Assembly: GCA_002269645.1 (NCBI GenBank)
Contig: NIVC01000031.1
Location: forward strand, 310,001 to 374,000
Origin: Macrostomum lignano
Lineage: Eukaryota
Direction: 5' to 3'
Length of the DNA stretch: 64,000 nt
Position numbers and translations under genes: made by a program. Below are positions 1 through 12,959 of the stretch, one piece after another; the stretch's first letter is position 1; each line of letters opens with the position of its first letter. The notes beneath the pieces were generated by a model. It was not told the DNA's origin. It worked only from the letters and a program-made list of their open reading frames with translations, and ran no database searches.

Positions 1-88
1 GGTGAGTAAGTATTACAGAGTAGTAGGAGGTTGATAGTCCGTAGGGCGGGGCAAAGACCAGTAGGCAGAAAACAAAATATAATTGAAT

Positions 89-385
89 GAGCACTGGTTA
101 CAACAAGGTCAGTGTGCTCTCTCACTCAGAACACACGGAGAACATGGCCTGCACCTCTGTGTTGGAGTTGCGTATTAAGGGTGGGCGACTGGCTTTTTAT
201 GTACAAGGCTTCTAAGATCTTGAGCTTGTGATCAGATGGGCATTGATCGATGATTTTAAAACGTTCTTCAGGTGTACATTTAGAGCAACTGTTACATTCC
301 AAAAGGTGGGTTTGGATGGCCGACGGTTTGAGCCAGTGCTCCCTGGTTCTAGTGTGCAGGTGTCTTTTGGTCTTAGTGCAATAAT
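89..385 (-). mobile_element. 5'-truncated Penelope-like element fragment (GIY-YIG endonuclease C-terminal part) inside the EMC8/9 intron
   Basis: The minus-strand peptide KTKRHLHTRTREH...SAIQTHLLEC...FKIIDQ...LKILEALYIK..SPTLNTQL fits the PLE GIY-YIG pattern. The 13-bp direct repeat AATATAATTGAAT at 76-88 and 386-398 is a candidate TSD. Confidence 0.7.
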
Positions 386-1003
386 AATATAATTGAATAA
401 ACCGTTTAACAGGTATTCCCTCAGGTTGGCTCAGAAATTTTCTGCTTGTGTTTTGACATGCTTGAAAGCAGTTTGTTTGCAAGTGTAACAGCCGCCTCAT
501 TATGTCTCTTTTGTGACTTTGTGACTTTAACCACGTCTAATGCGGAGGAGAGGCGACTTTTCTATCACAAGCGCGTCACGTGACTTGTAGAATCGCAAAA
601 AGAGTTGCAAAAACATATTCCGAAAATCGTTGTGTTGGTGCTATACTTTCTACTAAATTAGTAGGCTAGTTAGAGCGCTTCAAACATAACTCTGTGACTC
701 TCTAAATAAAACGCTTCAAAGTGACTCTCTTGGAAGACTCTTTAATGACTTTTTGGCGACTTTAACCGTGACATTCCGTCGTTTTTTCCTTTTTTTCCTA
801 TAGAGTCACTTCTTTCTTATTTTATCTGTTTTACCTGCCTGCCACGACTCTGAAACGACTTTGGGTCAAGGGTGGGATTATGTGGCAGATATATTGTAGA
901 AAGTAAATTAAAGCATTTTGCCGATATGTATCGTAGTTAATAAAATTTCACGCGATTTTATTTTTTTCAATTAAATCTCTACTAATAACAACAATTAAAC
1001 CAG

Positions 1004-1366
1004 GCTAACGAGCTGCTTAACGACGCCTCACCTGATGGTGTCGGCGCTCATATCTATCAGAAGATTGCCGAGAATTGCCCCCTGCCGAGAAGTCTGTACA
1101 TTCTAGTCGATAACAAAGCTATTGATCGGAAATGCTCCACAATTCCATTGATTTATTATCAACGTAAAGAAGCTGGACAAAGCCAGAAACTTGAACGACT
1201 GCCTAATTCAGCCGTTGCTATTGACGGCGAAGAAGATTGCTTAGAAACGCTGGCTAACCTGTTAGTGAGGCAGGCCTATCGAAGTCTGGTGGACTTTGAC
1301 AATCATCTGGACGATATCGGATTGGACTGGACAAACTCTAGGCTGGCTGAGCAGATTCGGAACTGA
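1004..1366 (+). CDS. EMC8/9: ER membrane complex subunit 8/9 (UPF0172), terminal exon
   Basis: GTGAGT donor at 2 and CAG acceptor at 1001-1003. The exon reads ANELLNDASPDGVG...LVDNKAID...AYRSLVDFDNHLDDIGLDWTN, matching the EMC8/9 signature LVDFDNHLDD..DWTN. Stop at 1366. Confidence 0.9.
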   Translation, partial: ANELLNDASPDGVGAHIYQKIAENCPLPRSLYILVDNKAIDRKCSTIPLIYYQRKEAGQSQKLERLPNSAVAIDGEEDCLETLANLLVRQAYRSLVDFDNHLDDIGLDWTNSRLAEQIRN

Positions 1367-1458
1367 TCTGCCAGCATACAAGCTATCAACTTGGCGTTTG
1401 GTTTCCACTTTTTTAACACATTGATAGAGCAGTGGTAAAAATATTGATTGACCACTTC

Positions 1459-2354
1459 AACTGGCCCTAGAATCGCCCCATAAACTGGCCATAGAATCGC
1501 CCCAAAAACTGGCCCTACAATCGCCCCTAAAAACTGGCCATAGAATCGCCCCAAAAACTGGCCATAGAATCGCCCCAAAAATGGCTCTAAAATCGCCCCA
1601 AACACTGGCCCTAGAATCGCCTCATAAACTGGCCCCAGAATCGCCCCATAAACTGTCCCTAGAATCGCCCCATAAACTGGCCCTAGAATCGCCCTATAAA
1701 CTCCCTAGAATCGCCCCATAAACTGTCCCTAGAATCGCCCCATAAACTGGCCCTACAATCGCCCCTAAAAACTGGCCATAGAATCGCCCCAAAAACTGGC
1801 CATAGAATCGCCCCAAAAATGGCTCTAAAATCGCCCCAAACACTGGCCCTAGAATCGCCTCATAAACTGGCCCCAGAATCGCCTCATAAACTGGCCCTAG
1901 AATCGCCCCTTAAACTGGCCCTAGAATCGCCCTATAAACTCCTTAGAATCGCCCCATAAACTGTCCCTAGAATCGCCCCATAAACTGGCCCTAGAATCGC
2001 CCTATAAACTCCCTAGAATCGCCCCATAAACTGTCCCTAGAATCGCCCCATAAACTGGCCCTAGAATCGCCCTATAAACTCCCTAGAATCGCCCAATAAA
2101 CTGTCCCTAGAATCGCCCCATAAACTGGCTCTAGAATCGCCCCAAACACTGGCCCTAGAATCGCCTCATAAACTGGCCATAGAATCGCTCCATAACTAGA
2201 ATCGCCCATAATATGGCCCTAGAATCGACTCATAAACTGGCCATAGAATCGCTCCATAACTAGAATCGCCCATAAACTGGCCCTAGAATCGCCTCATAAA
2301 CTGGCCCTAGAATCGCCCTTTAAACTGGCCCTAGAATCGCCCATAAAATGGCCC
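1459..2354. repeat. ~24-bp minisatellite (AAACTGGCCCTAGAATCGCCCCAT)n
   Basis: Tandem units visible directly, about 37 copies with variants. Confidence 0.95.
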
Positions 2355-3020
2355 TTTTAAATTTTACTTTCCATTGAATAAGCTATGATGAACGATAAAA
2401 TTAAATGTTGTGCATTGTTGTATTTTTGCTTTAGTCACTCACTGGTAGCGTGTTATTGTTGGCAAAAATTATTAAACAATTGCTTATTTATGTTTATTGT
2501 CATGATGTAAATCTTTAAAAACAGGTTTCAGAGTTGAGTTAATAGTACTGTGTTAAGAAATTTTATAAATTTTATTATTGCAAAATTCCTGTGCCATGAA
2601 GTTTGTAGCTTAATAATAATAATAATTTAAATTAATACTGACAATATTTATGTGAAATTATAAATATATATTTCATAACATCATTATACTGTATATGCTG
2701 GGTCTTCCATACTTCCTACTAATGTTTCATAGGAATTCTGGCGTTGATTACTCTCAATTGGCTATTTGTTGTACAAATTGAATTAAATTATTCACTTAAC
2801 CAACTTTAAAAAGTGCTATGGATTGTGAGTGAACTTTGAAATACTGTGCAATTTAAAAAATATGCTAATAGAATTAATATATAATGCTTCTTTTGTTAAA
2901 ACGTTATTAAATAATAAATATATAGAGGGTTATATGCTTGATATTTAGTCTGTGTGAATGCTTGGATAATGTCTTTAAAAGTCTTTAATGTCCATTCTTT
3001 CATAATTAATAGCTATTAGA

Positions 3021-3870
3021 TTAGAATCCTAATTGAATAGCCTGACTATTAGCTAGTAGAATCCTACTTAAATAGCCTAAGTAATTAGCTATTAGAATCC
3101 TAATTGAGTAGCCTGAGTGTTCGCCATTAGAATCCTAATTGAGTAGCCTAAGTATTCGCCATTAGAATCCTAATTGAATAGCCTGAGTATTAGCTATTAG
3201 AATCCTAATTAAATGGCCTGGCTCTAAGCTATTAGAATCCTAATTGAATAGCCTGAGTATTAGCTATTAGAATCCTAATTAAGTAGCCTGAGTATTAGCT
3301 ATTAGAATCCTAATTAAGTAGTCTGAGTATTAGCTATTAGAATCCTAATTAAGTAGCCTGAGTATTAGCTATTAGAATCCTAATTAAGTAGCCTGAGTAT
3401 TAGCTATTAGAATCCTAATTAAGTAGCCTGAGTATTAGCTATTAGAATCCTAATTAAGTAGCCTGAGTATTAGCTATTAGAATCCTAATTAAGTAGTCTG
3501 AGTATTAGCTTTTAGAATCCTACTTAAATAGCCTGAGTATTAGCTGTTAGAATCCTAATTGAGTAGCCTGAGTATTAGCTATTAGAATCCTACTTAAATA
3601 GCCTGAGTATTAGCTATTAGAATCCTAATTAAGTAGCCTGAGTATTAGCTATTAGAATCCTAATTGAGTAGCCTGAGTATTAGCTATTAGAATCCTAATT
3701 GAGTAGCCTGAGTATTAGCTATTAGAATCCTAATTGAGTAGCCTGAGTATTAGCTATTAGAATCCTAATTGAGTAGCCTGAGTATTAGCTATTAGAATCC
3801 TAATTGAGTAGCCTGAGTATTAGCTATTAGAATCCTAATTGAGTAGCCTGAGTATTAGCTATTAGAATCC
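3021..3870. repeat. 35-bp minisatellite (TAATTGAGTAGCCTGAGTATTAGCTATTAGAATCC)n immediately upstream of the SLC35F5 ATG
   Basis: About 24 tandem copies; the array ends 36 nt before the ATG at 3907. Confidence 0.95.
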
Positions 3871-3906
3871 GAATCCATTCCTGAGCCTAATGACCTCGCA
3901 GCGGTC

Positions 3907-6322
3907 ATGAGCCAGGATTCTGCACCAGCTACATCATCGGCAACAGTTAGAAATGTAAATAATTCTAATAGAAGTTCGCGATGTTCTTCTCAGCAGCAGC
4001 AACAGCAGCAGAAAGCTGTGTTCTGTTGCTTTCAGCTGCCCGACATTGTTCAACCGAGAACCCGCCTAGCTGTGGGCATCGCCTGCCTACTCGGAGTAGT
4101 CATTATCTGGGTCTTATCGTCTGAGCTGACCAGATTCATATTCGTACAGCGGCACTTTAATAAGCCGTTTTTTACTACCTATTTCAAAACTGCGCTGTTC
4201 ACTTTGTACTTGACTGGCTTTCTCTGTCTGCCTAATTGGCGACACCTGTGCAGCAAAGGCGCCGCAGGCGGATGGGGCAGCGGGCCCAGCTTTAATCGGC
4301 GCAGACGGCAGCGAGACAGTCGCGGCGGGTACACCAGAGTTGGCGACGAGGAAGACGCGTCAGATGCTGACGAAGTTGACGAAGGCGTTGCTGTTGATGG
4401 CGAAGATGAAGATGTGGATGATGGATTTGAGGATGAAGAAGGCATACCTGCGCTGGTAAGGATGCTGGAATGTTGAGCACTCTGTGTTTTATTTTTTGGT
4501 TTTATTAATAGAAATAGAAATATAATATCTTCTAAAATTGCCCTAAATACTAAAATATAATCTTAAAATAGCCTAGAATCGCCCCTTAAATAGGAATAGC
4601 CTAAAATCGCCCTTAAACTGCTTAAAGAATCGCTCTTCAACTGGCCCTAGAATCGCCATTAAACTGGTCCTAGAATCGCCCCTTAAACTGGTCCTAGAAT
4701 CGCCTTTAAACTGGCCCTAGAATCACCCCTTAAACTGGTCCTAGAATCGCCCCTTAAACTGGTCAGAGAATCGCCCCTTAAACTGGCCATAGAATCGCCC
4801 CTTAAACTGGTCAGAGAATCGCCCCTTAAACTGGTCCTAGAATCGCCCCTTAAACTGGCCCTAGAATCGCCTCATAAACTGGCCCTAGAATCGCCCCTTA
4901 AACTGGCCATAGAATCGCCCCTTAAACTGGCCCTAGAATCGCCCCTTAAACTGGCCATAGAACCGCCCCTTAAACTGGCCATAGAATCGCCTTAAACTAG
5001 CCCTAGAATCGCCTTAAACTGGCCCTAGAATCGCCCCTTAAACTGGCCATAGAATCGCCTCATAAACTGTCCATAGAATCGCCCCTTAAACTGGCCCTAG
5101 AATCGCCCCTTAAACTGGCCATAGAATCGCCCCTTAAACTGGCCATAGAATCGCCTTAAACTGGCCCTAGAATCGCCCCTTAAACTGGCCATAGAATCGC
5201 CCCTTAAACTGGCCATAGAACCGCCCCTTAAACTGGCCATAGAATCGCCTTAAACTGGCCCTAGAATCGCCCCTTAAACTGGCCATAGAATCGCCTCATA
5301 AACTGTCCATAGAATCGCCCCTTAAACTGGCCCTAGAATCGCCCCTTAAACTGGCCATAGAATCGCCTTAAACTGGCCCTAGAATCGCCCTTGAACTGGC
5401 AATAAAATCGCCCTTAAACTGGCACTAGAATCGCCCCATTAACTGGCTCTAGAATCGCCCCTTAAAGTGGGCCTAGAATCGCCCCTTAAAGTGGGCCTAG
5501 AATCGCCCCTTAAAGTGGGCCTAGAATCGCCCCTTAAAGTGGGCCTAGAATCGCCCCTTAAAGTGGGCCTAGAATCGCCCCTTAAAGTGGGCCTAGAATC
5601 GCCCCTTAAAGTGGGCCTAGAATCGCCCCTTAAAGTGGGCCTAGAATCTCCATTAATCCGTCTGTTTCGTCTTTTTTGTTAAAATGCGGCGCTAACACTC
5701 AACTTGCTTTCTAAAATTTGCACTTTATGTATTCTTTTTGTGACGAAAATCAGTTGACCATTTATTTCGGCACTGTTATTATAGAATTGCACTGCATCAG
5801 ATGCGATACGCTTCAATGGGTAAGGTACTGCTAAAATATGGTCATCTAGAAATTAAATAGTTTATTACAAAAATGGTACAATGCGGCTTTGTCTTATTTG
5901 AGTAAACTATTAAGATACCTACCTTGTATGGAATTTTCGAAACTGTTTCTTATTAAAAAATTACAAACTACAGCTGCATCATATTGTGATCCAATACGTC
6001 TGGTGTTTTTAAATTGTTATTGTTACTTCTAAGACGAACTAAGTAGATGACAAGGCATTTTACTCTCACCCTTGGCCTGTACAATCTGTTGAAGTTATTT
6101 GAAAGGTCTAAAAAGGTGCTTTCAGAGTTTTGTTTGAACTAAAATAACTTTGCCATCACAGAGCGATCCTCGCTACGTGCCGGTACGTTTTGACTCGAGC
6201 AGCGACGCTGAGAGTGTGGCAAGTTTGAGCATCAACTCAGACTTGGATTCTGCTCGGCCGGAGCAGGAGGGAGCCGGCTCTGCTTTGAGTGAGTGGCGAT
6301 TTCTGTTTGTGATGTATCATCT

Positions 6323-6378
<56 letters not shown>

Positions 6379-6379
6379 C

Positions 6380-6414
<35 letters not shown>

Positions 6415-6415
6415 C

Positions 6416-6468
<53 letters not shown>

Positions 6469-6469
6469 C

Positions 6470-6546
<77 letters not shown>

Positions 6547-6609
6547 TATTGATAGATAGACAGATAGATAGATAGATAGATAGATAGATATATAGATAGA
6601 TAGACAGAC

Positions 6610-6649
<40 letters not shown>

Positions 6650-9600
6650 TGATAGATAGATAGATAGATATATAGATAGATAGACAGATAGATACATACA
6701 TACATACATAGATAGATAGATAGATAAGAAGATAGATAATAGATAGATTGTAGATAGATAAATTGATAGGTAGATAGTAGATAGATGGTAGATAGGTTGA
6801 TAGATAGATAGATAGATAGATAGATAAATAGATAGACAGATAGGTAGATAGATAGATAGATAGACAGACAGATAGGTAGATAGATAGATAGACAGATAGT
6901 AGATAGATGGTAGATAGGTAGATAGATAGATAGTAGATGGATGGTAGATAGATAGATAGATGGATAGGTAGATAGATAGATAGTAGATAGATGGTAGATA
7001 GGTAGACAGATACGGTCGTAGATAGACTGATTGATTGATTCAGAAGTATTGTGTTTGAAATTGCGTACTTCAATTTTTAGAAGAAATTCATTCGATCAAC
7101 AGTGATCAGACTCGACCTGCGGTTACTTTGACAGGTATTGTAGCTATAGGCTTCTTAGTGTATAATGTTCAAATGAATTGAACTTATCATCTTGTGTGTG
7201 TGTTTTTTAGTTGCCAGTGTTGAATAGGTGTTTTAATCCTTTAGTTTTTACTTTACTAAGCATCCATCGGTGTAGTTGGTGTGCATTAGTTTTAATTATA
7301 ACTTGATGTTGTTTATTGACGTTTTTACTCCATTTACTAATTTACTCGTATTTCTACTAAAGCGCAGCTTTTTTACATCCTCCACTCCTCCATTCCTTTG
7401 AAAGAAAGGGACTCAATCCTTTGAAACTTTTTGCAGCTTGACGGTACGTGTGCCGTGATAAAGAAATTTCTCAATGCTAAAGTGCATTATACATTCGGGA
7501 AAATTGCTTTTTTGCGGCGAGGTAAAGCAGAATTTTCGAGAACAACTGCATTGAGTAATTTCTGATTTCTGATCAATCGGACTTAAATTGCTTGTCCATT
7601 ATAACACAGTATGACAAAACTTTATTGGAGACTTACAATGACTGACTAAGAAATTGGTTGCGTCATAACTGCTTCCTGTGGCTTTTACTCTAACAGACTT
7701 GATGTCATAATTGAATTATATGTGCTACAATTTATGTCGTCGATTGGATGAGAGAGCTAGCCCAGCTTTGAACTGAGGCAGACATAACGAAATAAATAAA
7801 TACAAGATAAATAAAAGAAACGTTATGTTAGCCATGACAAAATCGTCATGTCAACTATAAAGAAACCGTCATGGCAGTCATGTAAGAAGAGTCATGTCAA
7901 GCATAAAAGAAGCGTCACGCGAACCGTAAAAGAATCGTCATGTCAAGCATAAAGACTCATGAGGGAGTTGCTGAAATTCTGAGGCTCACAGTGCGGACAC
8001 TGCTAAGATGCCAAGGGTCAACGACACTGAAACATTTGTAGTTTGTATTCATGAGTTAGGGTTAAGCCTTAAAGGGAGGCTTTGATTCCGGGGCTCAAGA
8101 GTGTTGATATATTTAGGCAAGATAGCTGGAATTCAGGCATGATGCTTTTTTTGCTTTACGCTCGTAAACATCATTTTACTTAAGAAACTAACAATAACGA
8201 ATCATTAAATACTCCCATCTGCAGTAACGGCAGCCACCCCAAGAGACGAGCAATCAGCTCTGCTAGGCTCGAATGCTCAAGCTCAAGCTGATTCAACTAA
8301 CAGTGCTCAATCTCCAAGCAGTTCAGATTTAAATGCTGATGGTAGTCATGGTAACAGCGGTCAATCCAGCGGCGGTGGCAACAGAGGCGTTCGATTCTCG
8401 CGACTGTCCGAGGTTAGGCAGTTAAGCGACAGTCACGCTCATGCCGCCAATATGGCCCGGCTATCCTATGTGGCTTATTTGAGAGCGATTGAGAGTGGTC
8501 GAGATCCTACTGGAAGATTCTTTGGCGTGTCCGGAAGACGGCTGGCTCCCCTGTCTGTTATGGAAGTTGCTAAGGTGGGTTTCTAGTGGTTTATGCTAAT
8601 CCTGTGCTAGCTTGTTTAGAGACAATAGCCAGTCATATACTCTGGAAAACAGGTTTTAAATATTCCAGCTAATCAGAGACCACTGCAGGGTATAGAAAGA
8701 CACACCAGCCAATCAGGGACCTCTAAAGGGTAGAGATTATGACGCCAACCAATCAGAGACCTCTAAAGGGTAGAGATTAAAACGCCAACCAATCAGAGAC
8801 CTCTAAAGAGTAAAGATTGAGACGCCAACCAATCGGAGACCTTTAAAGAGTAGAGATTGAGACGCCAACCAATCAGAAACTTCTAAAGGGTAAAGAGTAA
8901 TTACTAATATATTCCGTTCTATCCCAACAGCTGGCTCTACTATTCTGCCTAGTCTGGTTCCTCGGCAACTGGAGCTATCAAGAGGCTCTGAATCGCAGTC
9001 CAGCCGGTGTAGTCAACGTCGTATCAACTTCGTCTTCCCTTTTCACCCTGATTCTATCATCAATGTTCCCGTCTGATGTTAGAGATAAATTTTCGCTTAG
9101 TAAGCTATTGGCAGTACTGCTGTGCTCCGCCGGAGTGGCCATGATTTCCTGGTCAGACTTGACCGTGTTTCACCAGCACAGTCACGTGCCCTGGGGCACC
9201 GCTTTTGCTCTGCTGGGCTCGCTATGCTATGCCATTTATTTGGTGATGCTTAAACGGAAGGCCAGATCGGAGACTGCGCTATCGTTTCCCATGTTTTTTG
9301 GTGAGATTGGGTTGGGGAATCTGTGGCTTGAGATAGAGTTTGAGATACTGACTGGGAGAGGGGTGATATTAGATGGATAGTGAGACACTGACTGAGAGAG
9401 GGGTGAGATTAGATGGATAGTGAGACACTGACTGAGAGAGGGGTGAGATTAGATGGATAGTGAGACACTGACTGAGAGAGGGGTGAGATTAGATGGATAG
9501 TGAGACACTGACTGAGAGAGGGGTGAGATTAGATGGATAGTGAGACACTGACTGAGAGAGGGGTGAGATTAGATGGATAGTGAGACACTGACTGAGAGAG

Positions 9601-12028
9601 GGGTGAGATTAGATGGATAGTGAGACACTGACTGAGAGAGGGGTGAGATTAGATGGATAGTGAGACACTGACTGAGAGAGGGGTGAGATTAGATGGATAG
9701 TGAGACACTGACTGAGAGAGGGGTGAGATTAGATGGATAGTGAGACACTGACTGAGAGAGGGGTGAGATTAGATGGATAGTGAGACACTGACTGAGAGAG
9801 GGGTGAGATTAGATGGATAGTGAGACACTGACTGAGAGAGGGGTGAGATTAGATGGATAGTGAGACACTGACTGAGAGAGGGGTGAGATTTAATTGATAG
9901 TCGTTCGAGTCGTTCTGATTGATAACACACGTGTCCAAATTGTGTTAATCCCTTATTGATAATAAACCTCTTACAGGTTTCGTCGGCCTGTTTAACGCAC
10001 TGCTCCTGTGGCCCGGCTTCTTTGTGGTGCATTACACGAAAGTGGAATCGTTTCGGTTGCCTAACAATACAGACTGGGGCTTCCTGACCTTGAATGGGAT
10101 TGTTGGAACCACCTTGTCTGAGCTGTTGTGGCTCTGGGGCTGCTTTCTGGCTACGAGTCTACTGGCTACTCTGTCTCTTAGTTTAACCATTCCACTGACT
10201 ATGGCTGCGGACTTCCTTATCGATAAAGTGAGTTCTGTTGGATTTTTGTAGCTATTTGTACATCTGTCAATCTCCATGAAATCAGGAGTGACAATTTCTA
10301 CATCTGTCACTCTCCATGAAATCAGGAGTGACAATTTCTACATCTGTCACTCTCCATGAAATCAGGAGTGACAATTTCGACATCTTACTCTCAATAAAAT
10401 CAGGTGTGACAATTTCTAAACCTGTCACTCTCAATAAAATCAGGAGTGACACTTCTAAAATCCGTCACTCTCAATAAAATCAGGAGTGACACTTCTAAAA
10501 CCCGTCACTCTCCATGAAATCAGGAGTGACACTTCTATAATCCGTCACTCTCAATAAAATCAGGAGTGACACTTCTAAAACCCGTCACTCTCAATAAAAT
10601 CAGGAGTGACACTTCTAAAACCCGTCACTCTCAATAAAATTAGGAGTGACACTTCTAAAATCCGTCACTCTCCATGAAATCAGGAGTGACACTTCTAAAA
10701 TCCGTCACTCTCAATTAAATCAGGAGTGATAATTTCTAAACCTGTCACTCTCAGTGAAATCGAGAGTGACAATTTCTAAATCTGTCACCCTCCATGAAAT
10801 CAGGAGTGACAATTTCTAAATCTGTCACTCTCCATGAAATCAGGAGTGACAATTTCTACATCTCTCACTCTCCAAGAAATCAGGAGTGACAATTTTTAAA
10901 TCTGTCACTCTCCATGAAATCAGGAGTGACAATTTCGACATCTTACTCTCAATAAAATCAGGTGTGACAATTTCTAAAACCCGTCACTCTCAATAAAATC
11001 AGGAGTGACACTTCTAAAACCCGTCACTCTCCATGAAATCAGGAGTGACACTTCTATAATCCGTCACTCTCAATAAAATCAGGAGTGACACTTCTAAAAC
11101 CCGTCACTCTCAATAAAATCAGGAGTGACACTTCTAAAACCCGTCACTCTCAATAAAATTAGGAGTGACACTTCTAAAATCCGTCACTCTCCATGAAATC
11201 AGGAGTGACACTTCTAAAATCCGTCACTCTCAATTAAATCAGGAGTGACAATTTCTAAATCTGTCACTCTCCATGAAATAAGTAGTGACAATTTCTACAT
11301 CTTACTCTCAATAAAATCAGGTGTGACAATTTCTAAATCTGTCACTCTCAATTAAATCAGGAGTGACAATTTCTAAACCTGTCCTTCTCCATGAAATCGG
11401 GAGTGACAATTTCTAAACCTGTCACGTTTAATTAAATCAGGAGTGACACTTCTAAAATCCGTCACTCTCAATTAAATCAGGAGTGACACTTCTAAAATCC
11501 GTCACTCTCAATTAAATCAGGAGTGACACTTCTAAAATCCGTCACTCTCAATTAAATCAGGAGTGACACTTCTAAAACCCGTCACTCTCAATAAAATCAG
11601 GAGTGACACTTCTAAAACCCGTCACTCTCAATAAAATCAGGAGTGACACTTCTAAAATCCGTCACTCTCAATAAAATCACCCACAGGTGCAATACGACTG
11701 GCGCTTTTACTGCGGCAGCGTTCCCGTGTTTCTCTCCTTTGTTATCGTGGCCTTTCTGAGCAACTCTGACGATCCGGACTACGACCCAGCCTTGGCATTC
11801 CTCACCCGGTGCCGGCAGATGCTGTCAGCTGCCGAGCCTACAGTTGGAGTTTCTGGACGAGGCGGAGTTCGTCGATCAGCTGTTGCTAGGCAACCGGTTT
11901 CAGTTGCTAAGCAACAACAACGCCAGCGTCGTCAACAGCATCAACAACAGCACAGGAAATTGGCTAGAAATAATCAGATCGCCCCAGCTGCCATTAATCC
12001 CACTGATGGGTCTATACAGTCGGCGTAA
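3907..12028 (+). CDS. SLC35F5: Solute carrier family 35 member F5; exons 3907-4455, 6162-6288, (7081-7134), 8225-8574, 8931-9300, 9977-10227, 11687-12028
   Basis: All junctions are GT-AG and phase-compatible (662 aa without the optional exon). Motifs: WVLSSELTRFIF...FNKPFFTTYFKT, SDPRYVPVRF, VRFSRLSEVRQL, FCLVWFLGNWSYQEAL, KFSLSKLLAV, PMFFGFVGLF, LWLWGCFL..SL..TLSLSLTIPL. Confidence 0.93.
4570..5650. repeat. 24-bp minisatellite in SLC35F5 intron 1, same family as 1459-2354
   Basis: Unit AAACTGGCC(C/A)TAGAATCGCCCCTT; about 8 identical variant copies (AAAGTGGGCCTAGAATCGCCCCTT) at the 3' end. Confidence 0.95.
6323..7040. repeat. (GATA)n microsatellite, degenerating towards its 3' side
   Basis: Direct reading; it explains the spurious YLSI ORFs. 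Confidence 0.97.
7081..7134 (+). CDS. SLC35F5: Candidate 54-nt symmetric (phase 1-1) exon of SLC35F5
   Basis: TTTTTAG acceptor and CAG|GTATTG donor; open in frame (KEIHSINSDQTRPAVTLT). Confidence 0.55.
8680..8895. repeat. ~40-bp CCAAT-containing minisatellite (GACGCCAACCAATCAGAGACCTCTAAAGAGTAGAGATTGA)
   Basis: About 5 diverged copies in the intron before exon 8931. Confidence 0.85.
9340..9890. repeat. 40-bp minisatellite (GTGAGATTAGATGGATAGTGAGACACTGACTGAGAGAGGG)n
   Basis: About 13 near-perfect copies in intron 9301-9976. Confidence 0.97.
10258..11679. repeat. 40-bp minisatellite with internal inverted repeat GTCACTC/GAGTGAC
   Basis: About 35 copies of GTCACTCTCAATAAAATCAGGAGTGACACTTCTAAAATCC filling intron 10228-11686. 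Confidence 0.95.
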
Positions 12029-12959
12029 TGGTGAAACTGGGGACTACTAGTTCTAGTAGTCTGGAATGGAAACCCAACTTTTCTGCATCTATAAGGATCT
12101 GAAGATTATTAAAGACAATCTATCGTGTGTTGTTTACTGATTTAAATTGGCGCCAAAAAGTTTATAACCGTTGATTTAAATATCATAGTAGTGGAAAATT
12201 ACAATATTTAAACAAATTTTGTACAACCAAAAAGCTAAACAAGAATAGCAAGTTGCTTTGAGTGTTTCGGTTATATTGTAATTTGTTTTACTTGTACTTG
12301 AGTCCTTTTTGGTGCAAATTTGAATTAGAATTAGATTTTTTGAATCGTCTTTTGAGATATATTTTGAGTGTAGTCAAATTTGTTTAAAAAATGTCTCTGC
12401 TGACTTCCTTTCCAGATTTTCAGAGTTGTTTTCATAGCTACTTAACTTTATAAATAATAATGGGTGGGCGCTTGAGCCACATGCGGCTCACCAAGCTGCT
12501 CAGCTCGGCTCTCCTCTCCTCTCATTTCAGCTTCTCTTTCATCTCTTCCGCATATCTATTCTCCCTTCATTCATCTCATCTCTCTTCTCTATTCCTTCTC
12601 CTTCCTTTTATCTGGCCCTTGTGATAAAAACATTGCCCAACCTCTTCCCTATGCCATATTATTATAGAATGAGAAGTACGGAATTTTTTGTTTAAATTCG
12701 CATCTGAAAAAGTACGAGTATAATACGTAAAATCCGGAAATTTGGCGCGAATTTAAACTGCGTCAGTAAAAATCTATCGACAGACTCCTCTGGTTTTATT
12801 TTCTAAATAACAAACCTAACTTAAAACTAACGGTTGAAAATCAACACTATGATTATGATATTTTAGTCTTCCAAACAGTTTTCAATTTTAAATTTGTTAA
12901 GCAGATTAATTTACATTACGACTATAATTGGTTTAATTATTCAATAAATGTCTAGTAGA

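Noticed and set aside
1-600. Hammerhead ribozyme associated with the Penelope fragment
   Set aside because: No CTGANGA...GAAA core with supporting stems was found nearby.
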